Assembly: GCA_964016885.1 (NCBI GenBank)
Contig: OZ024755.1
Coordinates: 36,208,001-36,272,000, forward strand
Reading direction: 5' to 3'
From: Eledone cirrhosa
Lineage: Eukaryota
Length of the DNA stretch: 64,000 bases
Shown piece after piece: positions 13,268 to 25,803 of the stretch (positions are counted from its first letter, which is position 1; each line of letters begins with the position of its first letter). The notes beneath the pieces were generated by a model. It saw only the letters and a list, made by a program, of their open reading frames with translations, was not told the DNA's origin and made no database searches. Made by a program: the position numbers and the translations under genes.

Positions 13268-13272
<5 letters not shown>
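13063..13272 (-). mobile_element. Fold-back PLE-like terminal element in (TA)n
   Basis: Palindrome 13141-13272 (66-bp arms, 3 mismatches) with the 3' half of a hammerhead (GAAA-tggc..gccg-TC); homologs at 48475 and 55892. Confidence 0.65.
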
Positions 13273-13337
<65 letters not shown>

Positions 13338-13635
13338 TTTGGTGAAGGGGACTTTGGAAGGATTTAGTAATATAACTAACAATCTCATTATTAACCCTTT
13401 AGCATTTAAACCAGCTGTATGCGGCCAGAATTCTCTGACCACTGATAATACTATTTGCCACAAGGGAAATAATAGTATAGAACCACAAGGGAAATAATAA
13501 TATAGGGCCACAAGGGAAAAATGAATTTAAAAAAAGGAAAAGAAATGTTTGTCATATCACACCAAAGAAACAATATTTCATTGGTCTTTTCCTTACTATC
13601 CGTCAACCACAGTTCTTGACGGAAGGAAGCTGGAT

Positions 13636-13861
13636 TTAACTCTTTAGCATTTAAACCGGCCATATCTGGCCAGAATTCTCTCACTTTCTGTTCAAACCGG
13701 CCAAAACCGACTGTTCATATTTATGTTAATGTATTGTTCTCAAAATAAATAATATTAAAATCTCGTAGAGTCAATATTATGTGAGATAAATATGTAAAAT
13801 AAAGTGTTTACCGTGAAAATACAATAGTAAATATAGAGCTATGTAAATGGTAAAGGGTTAA
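13636..13861. mobile_element. TTAA MITE
   Basis: ttaactctttagc...taaagggttaa. Confidence 0.75.
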
Positions 13862-14474
13862 ACTCCAAATGAACAAAGCTGGATCAGATACCACAAAGCA
13901 TCCTACCAGATTCTTTAACAATTCCACCACTCTACTACCCACAACCCCACAACTGGTACATTATTTATCAACCTTAAAAGGCAAAAACTAACCCCAGTGG
14001 GATTTGAACTCAGTGCACAGTACAATGAACCAGAAAAAATACTTAGGTATTTCATCCAACGTCCCGAACAACTGGCTATTTACTATACTATGATTTTTTT
14101 TTCATATGCTGACTCGTATGTGTGTGTGTGTGTGTGCATTTAATTATATGTATGTATATATAAATATAAACACGCAAACACAGAAACACTTACAAAAATA
14201 CACTCACACATACATTCACACAAACACACACATACATTCCCTCACACACACACATACATTCCTTCATACACACATATATTCCCTCATACACACACACATA
14301 CATTCCCTCATTCACCCATACACAGCATAACAAATAGAACACCAGCCACTATTTTACTAGTTTTTTTCACCACCCCCTTCCTTCCTTTTACACACACACA
14401 CATTCACACAAGCAGCAGAGGTAAAGAGAGAGGAGTAGTATGAGGTAGTTAAACTACTACTCTCTCTTTACATA

Positions 14475-15030
14475 TGGAACAAACTCCCTGCATCAGTTGT
14501 TAGCTGTCGAGACACTGCATCCTTTAAAACCTCAATGGAACAAACTCCCTGCATCAGTTGTTAACTGTCAAGACACTGCATCCTTTATAACTTCCATGGA
14601 GCAAACTACCTGCATCAGTTGTTAGCTGTCGAGACACTGCATCCTTTAAAACCTCAATGGAACAAACTCCCTGCATCAGTTGTTAACTGTCAAGACACTG
14701 CATCCTTTATAACTTCCATGGAGCAAACTACCTGCATCAGTTGTTAGCTGTCGAGACACTGCATCCTTCAAAACCTCAATGGAACAAATTCCCTGCATCA
14801 GTTGTTAGCTGTCGAGACACTGCATCCTTAAAAACCACCATGCTTCCTGAAATTCGCCAACACTACACCTGATATCCCTCCTCCATACACAAGCACACAT
14901 GTATATGACTCATACACTGTTCATTTTCCTGACATTTGTACATTATTCTATGTACTATACATACACCTTTGATGAGTTGTAGTGCACCTGAGCACTGTAC
15001 GCAATAATTTCATTATTATTATTATTATTT
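14475..15030 (+). mobile_element. CR1/L2-type LINE 3' end with 6 x 61-bp tandem array
   Basis: Unit encodes WNKLPASVVSCRDTASFKTSM (WNxLP C-terminal motif); 3' UTR ends in (ATT)n. Confidence 0.8.
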
Positions 15031-15979
15031 ATATAGATTTAATGGGGCTAGAGAAAGGTGGAAGTATGTTTCATCTGGTTATATGTGTAGCAACTAGCGC
15101 CACCTTGCCCGGGGAGAAAAAACAAATTGGAGTTACTTCCCGTTTAATTCTAGAAGATTCCTTGAACTTCCGGTCTAGGGATTATAAAGGAGGGAGAAAA
15201 GAGACATCTTGGCTTATTTGGCGACAGCTCACGGACAGTTCACTCACGAGCGAGTTTGTTCACCTTGTTATATCTGTATCAAATTAAATTAGTGGTTGGC
15301 CTGCAGTGGCGTTTACCAAAGTAAATAACCCTGTGACCAATTCACTAAAATGTCTATAACCATATTAACTTTCACTACTCTCTGTTGAAGAGTTCCTCAC
15401 AATAATAGAATGTTTACTGATATTCTACAATCTCTCCTGAAACATACAGAACTATGTGCCTTGCCTTTAAAACATGAAACAATCTGTGCTGGTGTGTCAG
15501 GTTGAACTTGTGATCACCAAGTCATTAGTCCTCACCCCCAGCCCCATCCAGATTGGTTTAACTTGGCAGCTGCTATAACTATTTGAAGTTTCAAATTAAA
15601 TTACCCATTATAAACATGGTTTATACAAAATAAATGTATATAAACAAAAATAAAACTATAGTTAGTTAATTATACATTTGAATTCTAAATTCCCTACAAT
15701 TACCTTTCATTCTATGACATGAATTGGTAATTATAATTGAGATAATTGCTGTAATTAAAACACTTTCCTCACAAACACCACCCCACCAACCCAATGTGTA
15801 CCATTCAGATTGCAACATAGTATAAGAAAATAATTATGATGTCATACATAATATTAAGGATATAAAAAAAAATACTCTATTGTTATGTTGATAATTGCAA
15901 ATAGTTTTTCTCCTGGAAAAGTGTTTGTAGTTTGATCTTGTGTATGAGTAAGGTAGTAGTGTCAGAGTCTTGATAAAAT

Positions 15980-16470
15980 ACTCCCAGTACCTACTGTGAA
16001 GTGGTTGGCATTAGGGAGAGCTTCCAGTTGTAGAAACCATGCTCCCAATACATACTGTGAAGTGGTTAGTATTAGGAATGGCCTCCAGTGTTGTAGAAAC
16101 CATACTCCAAGTAGATACTGTGAAATGGTGGGTATTAGGATGGGCACCTAGTCATAGAAACCATGCTGCCAGTACATATTGTAAAATGGTTGGCATTAGG
16201 AAGGGCACCTAGTCATAGAAACAATGCTCTCAGCACATACTGTAAAATGGTGGGTATTAAGAAGGGCACCTAGTTATAGAAACCATGCCCCCAGTACATA
16301 CTGTAAAATGGTTGGCATTAGGAAGGGCACCCAGTTGTAGAGACCAAAACAAAGTGGACAAGCAGGATCTAGTCTCCCAACCTGTCCGACTTCATCACAT
16401 GACAGCCTGTCTAACTCATGTCTAATACTGCCAGGCCCATGCAAGCATGGAAAATAGGCATTAAATGTTG
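15980..16470 (+). repeat. ~6 x 61-64-bp degenerate tandem from the RTE-tail SINE
   Basis: Repeated tactgtRaaRtggttggcattaggaagggcacc.agt..tagaaaccatg. Confidence 0.75.
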
Positions 16471-16516
16471 AATGTGTACTAAATCTGGCTACAGTCTAAT
16501 CAAGTTTTCCTTAAGG

Positions 16517-16641
16517 TAGTGGTTCGCAAAGTGGGTTCCCGCAAAGGAGTGCCTTGGGTTTTGTGAAAAACAGTACGACCATATTAGACTTTGGGGTTCC
16601 CCAAAAAGGGTCCTGCGTTTCAAAAAGTTTAGGATACCCTG
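16517..16641. mobile_element. Short hAT-like MITE (degenerate)
   Basis: tagtggttcgcaaagt...agtttaggataccctg termini; TSD poor. Confidence 0.45.
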
Positions 16642-17099
16642 CCTCAAATCTTTAGCATTTAAACCAGCCGTATCTAGTCAGAATTCTCTCACCTCTTTCT
16701 GTTTAAACTGGCTCTAACCATCTCCTCATACTGATGTTAAAGTATTGTTCACAAAATAAATATCAAAATCTTGTATATCAGAGATTATGTGAGATAATAA
16801 TGTGAAATAAAGTGTTTACCGGGAAAATACAATAGTAGAAATAGAGTAATGTAAATACTAAAGGGTTAAGGGAAGTGTGGGTCCACATCAGTATTATCCT
16901 CTCCTATTCAGGGATCTTTTATTTGTTCACAGTCACCTCTCAAGTTGTAGAGTCATTCAGACAATATCCTAAATATGGAAATTCATCTTTATTAGTTTAA
17001 TGTCAATACTTCTGTGCTGGCAACATACAACATATCTTCATATTTTCATTACCATACTTCTATTGAAAAACTGCCAATAATTTTCAAATAACTTTGAAA

Positions 17100-17515
17100 C
17101 TTGGAGGATGACCGCTGGGTAAAGAAGTGACAAGAAATCCCAGTAGAAAGAAGACGCAGTAGAGGAAATGCAATGTCAATGTGCGTGAACCTCTAAGCAT
17201 GGTTGAGAGAGAAACTGTATAAGAGGAATAAACTGTAGTGTGTAGGAGAGAAGACTGCATTGGTTTGGCCATATGATGCGCATGACCGCTTGGTGAAGAA
17301 GTGCCAAGAAATCCCGGTAGAAGGAAGACGCAGTAGATGGGCGGAGGTGGTGAGAGCTGACCTCAGATCGCTGAAGCTCACAAACGAGGTGACGAAGGAC
17401 CGTGACAAACGAGGTGACGAAGGACCGTGACAAATGGAGCTATGCTGTGTTGAATAGGACCTGTCCCACCCTTGCAAGCAGGGAAAGGCGGGCGTAAAAT
17501 AATGATGATGATGAT
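17100..17515 (+). mobile_element. Rearranged RTE LINE 3' fragment
   Basis: ERRLHWFGH..VKKCQEIPVEGRR segments with internal duplications; standard RTE tail. Confidence 0.85.
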
Positions 17516-17646
17516 TTGAAAATAATCAAGAAATTTGGAAGGATTTAGTAACTTTCTGTTTATCAAATCGATGTTTGGAGCATAATTTAGTGGTTCTTAC
17601 ATAAAATTATGATGGCAGGGTTTTAGATCAATATAAGCATCTACAC

Positions 17647-17957
17647 CAGGCATGGGCAACCTTTTTCGAGAAGCGGGCTGCATGAGATACGACTCGCCAT
17701 CAGGCGGGCCGCAAGCGCTAATTTACATTCGTGCCCACATTAAAAAAAGGGGCAGTAACTCAGGTTGTTTTGATTTGTTTCTTTAGAATTCGTACACATT
17801 GTTTTCCTCGATTGTAAAAATGATAGAAAGATAAATTACGACTGAAAAGTTTGGATAAAAAAATCAGAAAGATTTCACTTAGGTGACTTAGGCGAGCCAT
17901 TCAGAAAGCTTCGCAGGCAGAGCATGCAGCCCACGGGCCACAGGTTGGCCATGACTG
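17647..17957. mobile_element. hAT (Charlie-like) MITE
   Basis: TIRs caggcatgggcaacct / aggttggccatgactg; 8-bp TSD atctacac / atctaaaa. Confidence 0.8.
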
Positions 17958-18129
17958 ATCTAAAAAGAAACAGTTATCTTTGGTAGTGAAAAGATCAAAT
18001 CATTCTAATACTTTGTTCTTTCTATTTTTATGTATATTTTAAGAAGTGATTTAGTCAACTCTCAGTACTTTTTATCCACTAACATTATTCACTCACATTA
18101 AGCTTTCATCCCAACATTCATAGCACTCA

Positions 18130-18685
18130 GTCTCTCTCTCTCCATACCTCTCTCTCTATATCTCTACACCTCTCTCTCTCTGTCTCTCTTATTATCCCTC
18201 CCTACCTCTCTCTCCCTCTCATTCTCATTCTCCATCTCTCCTTCCCTACTTCTCTCTCTTTCTCCTCTGTTTCTACCCCTCTCCCTCCCTATCTCCCTCT
18301 CTCTCCCTCTCATTCTCCATCTCTCCTTCCCTACTTCTCTCTCTTTCTCCTCTGTTTCTACCCCTCTCTCCCTCTCATTCTCCATCTCTCCTTCCCTACT
18401 TCTCTCTCTTTCTCCTCTGTTTCTACCTCCTCTCCCTCCCTCTCTCCCTCTCATTCTCCATCTCTCCTTCCCTACTTCTCTCTTTCTCCTCTGTTTCTCC
18501 CCCTCTCTCTCCCCCTCCCTCCCTCCCTACCTCACTCCCTCCCTCCATACCTACCTCTCTCCCTCCCTCCCTCTATACCTACCTCCCTCCCTCCCTCCAT
18601 ACCTATCCCTCTCCCTCCCTCCCTACCTCTCTCATTCCTCCCTCCCTACCTACCTCCCTCCCTACCCCCTCTCTCTCTCACCCTT
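18130..18685. repeat. Polypyrimidine (CT-rich) tract with higher-order repeat
   Basis: Repeated ctctcattctccatctctccttccctacttctctctctttctcctctgtttctac. Confidence 0.9.
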
Positions 18686-19332
18686 TCCAAACTTATATAT
18701 CTAATATATAGTTGCTTAATTAACTTGTTTGTATTTACTTTTTGTCTCACTAGTTAACCCATTCAATGGAACCTACATAGCTATTTTCCCAATGCAGGGA
18801 CTATTTCATTAACCATATTGTAGTAATGCAATATTATATTTCTTATGTATACACAACATAACATTCCTTTCATATTGAGAAGAAATTTCCTTCTGTCAGC
18901 AATAGAAACAATATCATTCTAAATGTCTTCCATACATTTTAGAATCTCCACTATAGCAGGTTGTAAGTCTAGAAATAACCAGTTTGAAACTAAGACAATA
19001 TGAAATAGACGGCTAGCAAAATCATACACAGCTCTAATATTCACTATATATTTCATCCTTAACCCTTTACCATTTACATTACTCTATATTTACTATTGTA
19101 TTTTCACAGTAAAGGCTTTACCTTACATAATTATCTCGCATAATATCAAATCTATGAGATTTTGATGTTATTTGAGAACAATACCTTAACGTCAGTATGA
19201 GCGGCCAGTTACAGCCGGTTTGAACAGAAAGAGTTGAGAGAATTCTGACCGCATAGAGGAAGTTTAATGAAAAAGGTTCTTTTTATTGGGGGAATCTAAG
19301 AATACAGAGTACAATCTATAGGCTCAATAGTT

Positions 19333-20279
19333 TTAACCCTTTAGCTTTTGCATTACTCTATATATACTATTATATTTTCACTGTAGAGGCTTTACCTCAC
19401 ATAATTATCTCACATATGTCACATAACATTTACATTACTCTATATATACTATTGTATTTTCACTGTAGAGGCTTTACCTCACATAATTATCTCACATATG
19501 TCACATAACATTTACATTACTCTATATATACTATTGTATTTTCACTGTAAAGGCTTTATCTCACATAATTATCTCACATATGTCACATAACATTTACATT
19601 ACTCTATATATACTATTGTATTTTCACTGTAAAGGCTTTACCTCACATAATTATCTCACATATGTCACATAACATTTACATTACTCTATATATACTATTG
19701 TATTTTCACTGTAAAGGCTTTACCTCACATAATTATCTCACATATGTCACATAACATTTACATTACTCTATATATACTATTGTATTTTCACTGTAGAGGC
19801 TTTACCTCACATAATTATCTCACATATGTCACATAACATTTACATTACTCTATATATACTATTGTATTTTCACTGTAGAGGCTTTACCTCACATAATTAT
19901 CTCACATATGTCACATAACATTTACATTACTCTATATATACTATTGTATTTTCACTGTAAAGGCTTTACCTCACATAATTATCTCACATATGTCACATAA
20001 CATTTACATTACTCTATATATACTATTGTATTTTCACTGTAAAGGCTTTATCTCACATAATTATCTCACATATGTCACATAACATTTACATTACTCTATA
20101 TATACTATTGTATTTTCACTGTAAAGGCTTTATCTCACATAATTATCTCACATAATATTGAATCTATGATGTTATTTATTTTACGAAGAATACCTTCACA
20201 TGAGTATGAGCGGCCATTTATAGAAAGGGGTGAGAGAACTGTGGGCCAGATATGGCTGGTTTGAATGCTAAAGGGTTAA
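19333..20279. mobile_element. TTAA MITE expanded by ~10 x 82-bp internal tandem
   Basis: Both termini intact; units from 19351 to 20089 every 82 bp. Confidence 0.85.
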
Positions 20280-21188
20280 AGGAATTGAAGAAGATAGAAG
20301 CCTGTATAATGCATTGATAAAAATGTTAAAAGCTAAATTTTGGAAAGACGACAAAGGTAGAGAGAAAACATTAAATGCTTCTCATTCCAGAGTGAAAGGG
20401 CCAATAAATGATGTGATAGGTACATTTAACCCAATAGCATATAACTGGCTGTATCAGGCCAGAATTCTCTCAACTCTTTCTGTTCATAACCGGCTGCCCA
20501 TACTTATGTTAAGGTATTGTTCTCAAAATAAATATCCTCAAAATCTCATAGATTCGATATTATGTGAGATAATTATGTAAAATAAAGCTTTTACCACAAA
20601 AATACAATTGGAAATAAATGTAATGTAAATGCTAAAGGGTCAAACCAGCTATATGCAGTCAGAATTCTCTCAACTCTTTCTGTTCAAACCAGCTGTAACT
20701 GGCCACTCATACTTATGTTAAGGTATTGTTCTCAAAATAAATATCATCAAAATCTCATAGATTCGATATTATGTGAGATAATTATGTAAAATAAAGTCTT
20801 TACCACAAAAATACAACAGCAGATATAGAATAATGTAAATGCCAAAGGGTTAACAATGATCAGAATCTCAAATTTGTCTCCAACCATCTCCAAAATTTAC
20901 ATGTTTATCACGATAGCTGTTGAGTCAGTTTCTTTATTCTACAGACATTCAAAGTTGAATAAATTATACAAATATTAGTGAATAGTAATTGTTGTTGCCA
21001 TTAACAAAATCAAAATATGCATAGTTTTCCTTACACCCAAAAGAGGTTGTGATCTGAAGATGTGAAACCGCATAACATAAAATATTGACCCTTCAAAATC
21101 ACAAATACTGTCAGCAATTTGAGATGAGAAGGGCTCAACTAATGATTCTTTCCAAGAAAAGATTGCATACGAATTTCAGGAATCATTT

Positions 21189-21746
21189 ATTACCATATTT
21201 CTAATGAAAGACAATGCCTATGTCATTAACCCTTTCATTACCATATTTGTAATGAAAGACAATGCCTATGTCATTAACCCTTTCATTACCATATTTCTAA
21301 TGAAAGACAATGTCTATGTCATTAACCCTTTCATTACCATATTTGTAATGAAAGACGTCTATGTCATTAACCCTTTCATTACCATATTTCTAATGAAAGA
21401 CAATGCCTATGTCATTAACCCTTTCATTACCATATTTCTAATGAAAGACAATGTCTATGTCATTAACCCTTTCATTACCATATTTGTAATGAAAGACAAT
21501 GTCTATGTCATTAACCCTTTCATTACCATATTTCTAATGAAAGACACTGTCTATGTCATTAACCCTTTCATTACCATATTTCTAATGAAAGACAATGTCT
21601 ATGTCATTAACCCTTCCATTACCATATTTCTAATGAAAGACAATGTCTATGTTATTAACCCTTTCATTACCATATTTCTAATGAAAGACAATGCCTATGT
21701 CATTAACCCTTCCATTACCATATTTCTAATGAAAGACAATGCCTAT
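21189..21746. repeat. ~11.5 x 48-bp minisatellite from a MITE terminus
   Basis: Unit contains ttaaccctttcattaccatatttctaat, seen as a single terminus at about 12268 and 45031; explains the MKDNAYVINPFITIFL ORF. Confidence 0.9.
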
Positions 21747-22051
21747 AATTTTCAGACTCTTTTGAAAATAATCAAGATTTTTGGAGGGACTTATTAAAAT
21801 GAGTAAATTTATCATTATGAAGCTGAAGTTTGATAACTTAACTCTTTAGCATTTACATTACTCTGTATTAACTACTGTATTTTCATGGTAAAGGCGTTAC
21901 CTCACATAACATCAAATCTATGAGATTTTGATATTATTTATTTTGAGAACAATACCAGTTACAGTAGATTTGAACAGAAAGAGGTGAGAGAATTCTGGCC
22001 AGATTCGGCCGTTTCAAATGCTAAAATTATGATGGAAGGCTTTTAGATAAA

Positions 22052-22313
22052 CTAGCAGAAAATCCACCCTTCGTGAGGTTTTCTGCTAGCATGTGCAGTG
22101 TGCATATTGATATTATATGGAAATATATATGCATGTAGATATAAGACAAATAAAATTGTAATTGAGAATATACACAGTAATTGAAGACAGACTGTGTTAC
22201 ACTGTCTTCTGTAATCAGTAAAGTAATCCATGATACATTTAAAAAAGGTGATATTATATATAAATTGCATTAGGAGAAAATTAGCGACGGAAATATAAAC
22301 CTTATATAACGAT
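22052..22313 (-). mobile_element. Non-autonomous Helitron 3' part (family 2)
   Basis: Starts a|ctagcagaaaatccacc..gaggttttctgctag hairpin; homologous to 25804. Confidence 0.7.
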
Positions 22314-22380
22314 GGGCCGTAACTCCATGCATCAAAGCATGGCATCCAACCCTCTACCGATACTGCCAATCCACCACCCC

Positions 22381-22864
22381 TTTGAATAAATAATGAATGA
22401 ATATTACATAATTTATCTACTAAATTTTGTAACTCTTGATTAAATATAAATAATTTTATTGTTTATTTCAAGATTCACTTTTTTTTAATTTTCAAATGTC
22501 AACACTTCCGGTTGACACCCATTATATTATAACACATATTACATTGCTTGTACAAACGTTCATATATTTGCATTGTTATATCGTAATGTTTATATTTCTG
22601 TTGATAATTTTCTCCTTTTTCGTTTTCATAAAATTTTGCTGTAATGCAGTTTATATATAATATCATCTTTTTTAAATGTATCATGGATTATTTTACTGAT
22701 TAAATAAGACAGTGTAACACAGTCTTCGTTCAATTTCTGTGCATATTCTCAATTACGATTTTATTTGACGTATCATATCTACATGTATATATATCTGCAT
22801 ATGATATCAATATACACACTAGACATGCTAGCAGAAAACCATCCTAAGGGTGGTTTTTCTGCTA
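22381..22864 (+). mobile_element. Non-autonomous Helitron 3' part (family 2), opposite orientation
   Basis: Ends ctagcagaaaaccatcctaagggtggtttttctgctac. Confidence 0.7.
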
Positions 22865-22898
22865 CTTTTAGTAATGAAATATTTATTAATTTTAGTAA

Positions 22899-23114
22899 AA
22901 TACTGAAAATGTTTCATTAATTTCTAGCAGTGCAGTGTATTTCCTTACAAATATTATCACGAAGGAGTTCAATATCTATACAGACATATGTAAAACAGTA
23001 GCAAGAAAAACTAGGACCAAGGATTTCAGTGAGAATTTAGTGAAGGAATTTTCACTGGAGGCCATTGTTAGAATTAGACAAGATTGTTTTGAAGAAGTTT
23101 TAGAAATACAGTAA
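22899..23114 (+). pseudogene. ~71-codon open, non-repetitive frame; possible GVIN1-like fragment or exon
   Basis: SAVYFLTNIITKEFNIYTDICKTVARKTRTKDFSENLVKEFSLEAIVRIRQDCFEEVLEIQ*; frame also open in the duplicate. Confidence 0.4.
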
Positions 23115-24424
23115 GACACAGTAGAATGTCAAATATAGAACTGAGAGAAAGTATATAGATAAGATGGAGTTAAAATAAGGTAACATATATAGAGAGGACT
23201 TCTACAGACAAGCTGCTGGTTTATTATAGTTAATTATCACTGTTAATTATTATATTAATTAAATAATATCATACAACTAACTAATGGTATCCTATATAAA
23301 AATGATTAAAGTGAGATATTCAAAATTATAAACGTGTGTGTGTGCATGTGTGTGTGACTGTGTGTGTATGTATCTATGTGTGCATGTGGGTGTGTGTATG
23401 TGTGCATGTGGGTGTGTGTATGTGTGCATGTGGGTGTGTGTATGTGTGAAGGCCCATGGCTTAGTAATTAGAGTGTTGGGATTACAACCCTAATGCTGTG
23501 AGTTCAATTCCTGAAGAAGAAGGTGCATTCTGTCCTTGAGCAAGACACTTTATTTCAGACAACATATTTTAATTGTTGGTCTAACCCTTTAGCATTTGCA
23601 TTACTCTATATTTACTATTGTATTTTTGTGGAAAAGGCTTTATCTAACATTATTATCTCACATCATATCGAATCTATGAGATTTTGATGTTATTTATTTT
23701 GAGAAAAATACCTTAATATCAAAACAGAAAGAGATGGGAGAATTCAGGCTGGATACAGCTGGTTTAAACTCTAAAGGGTTAAGGTATTGATTTGTTTAAA
23801 TCTGGCAATTAGGTATATCTGCAATTGTTGATTAGTAGTCTGGGTATAGAATTTGTTAGTATATTATTGTATATATAAGTAGGATGAGAGCTATTAATTT
23901 TTCTTAATCCTTTTGTTACCATATTTCTACTGGAAGACACTGCTTATGATTCTCAAATGATCAAGAATTTGGAGAGATATGGTAATATAATTAACACCTG
24001 GATTTTTTTATCTGGTGTTTGGAATATAACTTAACAAATGTTCTTAACTATGATGGAAGGTTTTCAGATAAATATAAACACTTTAAAATAAACAGCCTTA
24101 TATCATAGAAGCAGGCGTAGCTTCATGTGGTTTAGTACCAAGAGTTAATGTATTAAGATTTTACCATTTTCCCTTAGTTGGTTGTTTATGTGTGTGTGTG
24201 AGAGAGAGAGAAAGATAGTATTAATCCAAGTTTATAGTTGAGCTGTCTGTGTGCAGTCAAATGTGTATTTAAGAAATCATTAGATTATTTACTTCCTATG
24301 GCAACTTTTGGTATGGCTGTATTTAAATCGAAAAATGTGTTAATTTAAATTACAGGTTATTGGTTGTTACACACACATGCAAATACATATATATATATAT
24401 TCCATTTTTATAGCAATGGACAGA

Positions 24425-25445
24425 TTCGTAGCATTAGACGGTCGGACGCCATGCTTTGACGCATGTCAAATCCCGCCAAGGTAACTTTGCCTTTCATCCT
24501 TACAGCTCGATAAAATAAAGTACCAGTAATGCACTGGGATAATTGCTGGCCTTGTGCCAAAAGTAGAAACAATTATTTGTTTTTGTTGTTTAAGTTCTGA
24601 GTTGGAGTACTAGATAGGTTAACTTTGCCTTTTATTTTTCTAGTGTTTGATAAAACAAAGTACCAGTCATGTACTGAGGTCAATTTAATTGACTTTCTCA
24701 TCCAAATGGGCTTAAAGTAGAAATCATCTTATATTAATAAAAGTAGCTTCTTATTATTAATTTTATTATCATTATTATTAGGGAGGTGCGGTGGATTGGC
24801 AGTATTGGGAGAGGGTCGGACGCCATGCTTTCCAGCATAGTTACGTCCCTTTACGATCTGAGTTCAAATCCCGCCGAGGTTGACTTTGCCTTTCATCCTT
24901 ACGGGGTCGATAAAATAAAGTACCAGTAATGCACTGGGTAATTACTGGCCTTGTGCCTAAAGTAGAAACAATTATTATTAGGGAGGTGCATTGGCAGTAA
25001 CGGTAGAGGGTCAGACAACATGCTTTGTGGCACAGAGTTATGGCCCTTTTCGCTCTGAGTTCAAATTCCGCCAAGGTTAGCTTTGCTTTTCAACCTTACG
25101 GGGTCGATAAAATAGAGTACCAGTAATGCACTGGGGTAGATTTAATTGATGTTCCCTTCCCTTTCAAATTGCTGACCTTGTGCCGAAAGTAGAAACAATA
25201 TTTTTGGCATTATTATTCAGAGCGGCGATGGATTGGCAGTATCGGTAGAGCGTCGGACGCCATGCTGTGAAGCATACAGTTACAGCCCTTTATGATCTGA
25301 GTTCAAATCCCGCCGAGGTTAACTTTGCCTTTCATCCTTACGGGGGGGCGATAAAATAAAGTACCAGTAATGTACTGGGTAATTGCCAGCCTTGTGCCAA
25401 AAGTAGAAACAATTATTATTCAGAGCGGTGGATTGGCAGTATTTA
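24425..25445 (+). mobile_element. Cluster of about five head-to-tail tRNA-SINE copies
   Basis: Repeated ggattggcagta..gagttcaaatcccgcc..gccttgtgccaaaagtagaaacaattatt. Confidence 0.85.
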
Positions 25446-25803
25446 TTCTGGCTTTGAACCCCAATAAAGTAAAACTTCTTGAGATAGGGTCCATAAAATG
25501 AAGTACCAGATAAGTAATGGATCAATTTCATTGATTACGCCCACGCACCCCATCTATGCCCCAACCCTCTAGCCTTGTGCCTACATTAGAAACCAAGAAT
25601 TGGCAGAGCTTCAGCTGAAATAATTTGCAGCATTTGTTCTAACTCTTTACATTGTGTGTTCAATTCCTGACAAGGTCACCTTTCCCTTTCCCCCTTTAGG
25701 GCTTGATAAAATAAAGTAGCAGTCAAGTACTGGATTTAATTGAATTTCTCTACACCTTAAATTTCTGGCCTTGTACATAAATCAGAAACCATTACTATCT
25801 CTA

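Larger units (their letters stand above)
22314..24363. repeat. Segmental duplication arm A (inverted copy at 49128-51150)
   Basis: Continuous reverse-complement match; track ORFs 22499-22684(-) and 50780-50965(+) differ by one residue. Confidence 0.95.

Noticed and set aside
21204-21797. 16-aa repeat protein ORF
   Set aside because: It arises from a 48-bp minisatellite built from a MITE terminus.
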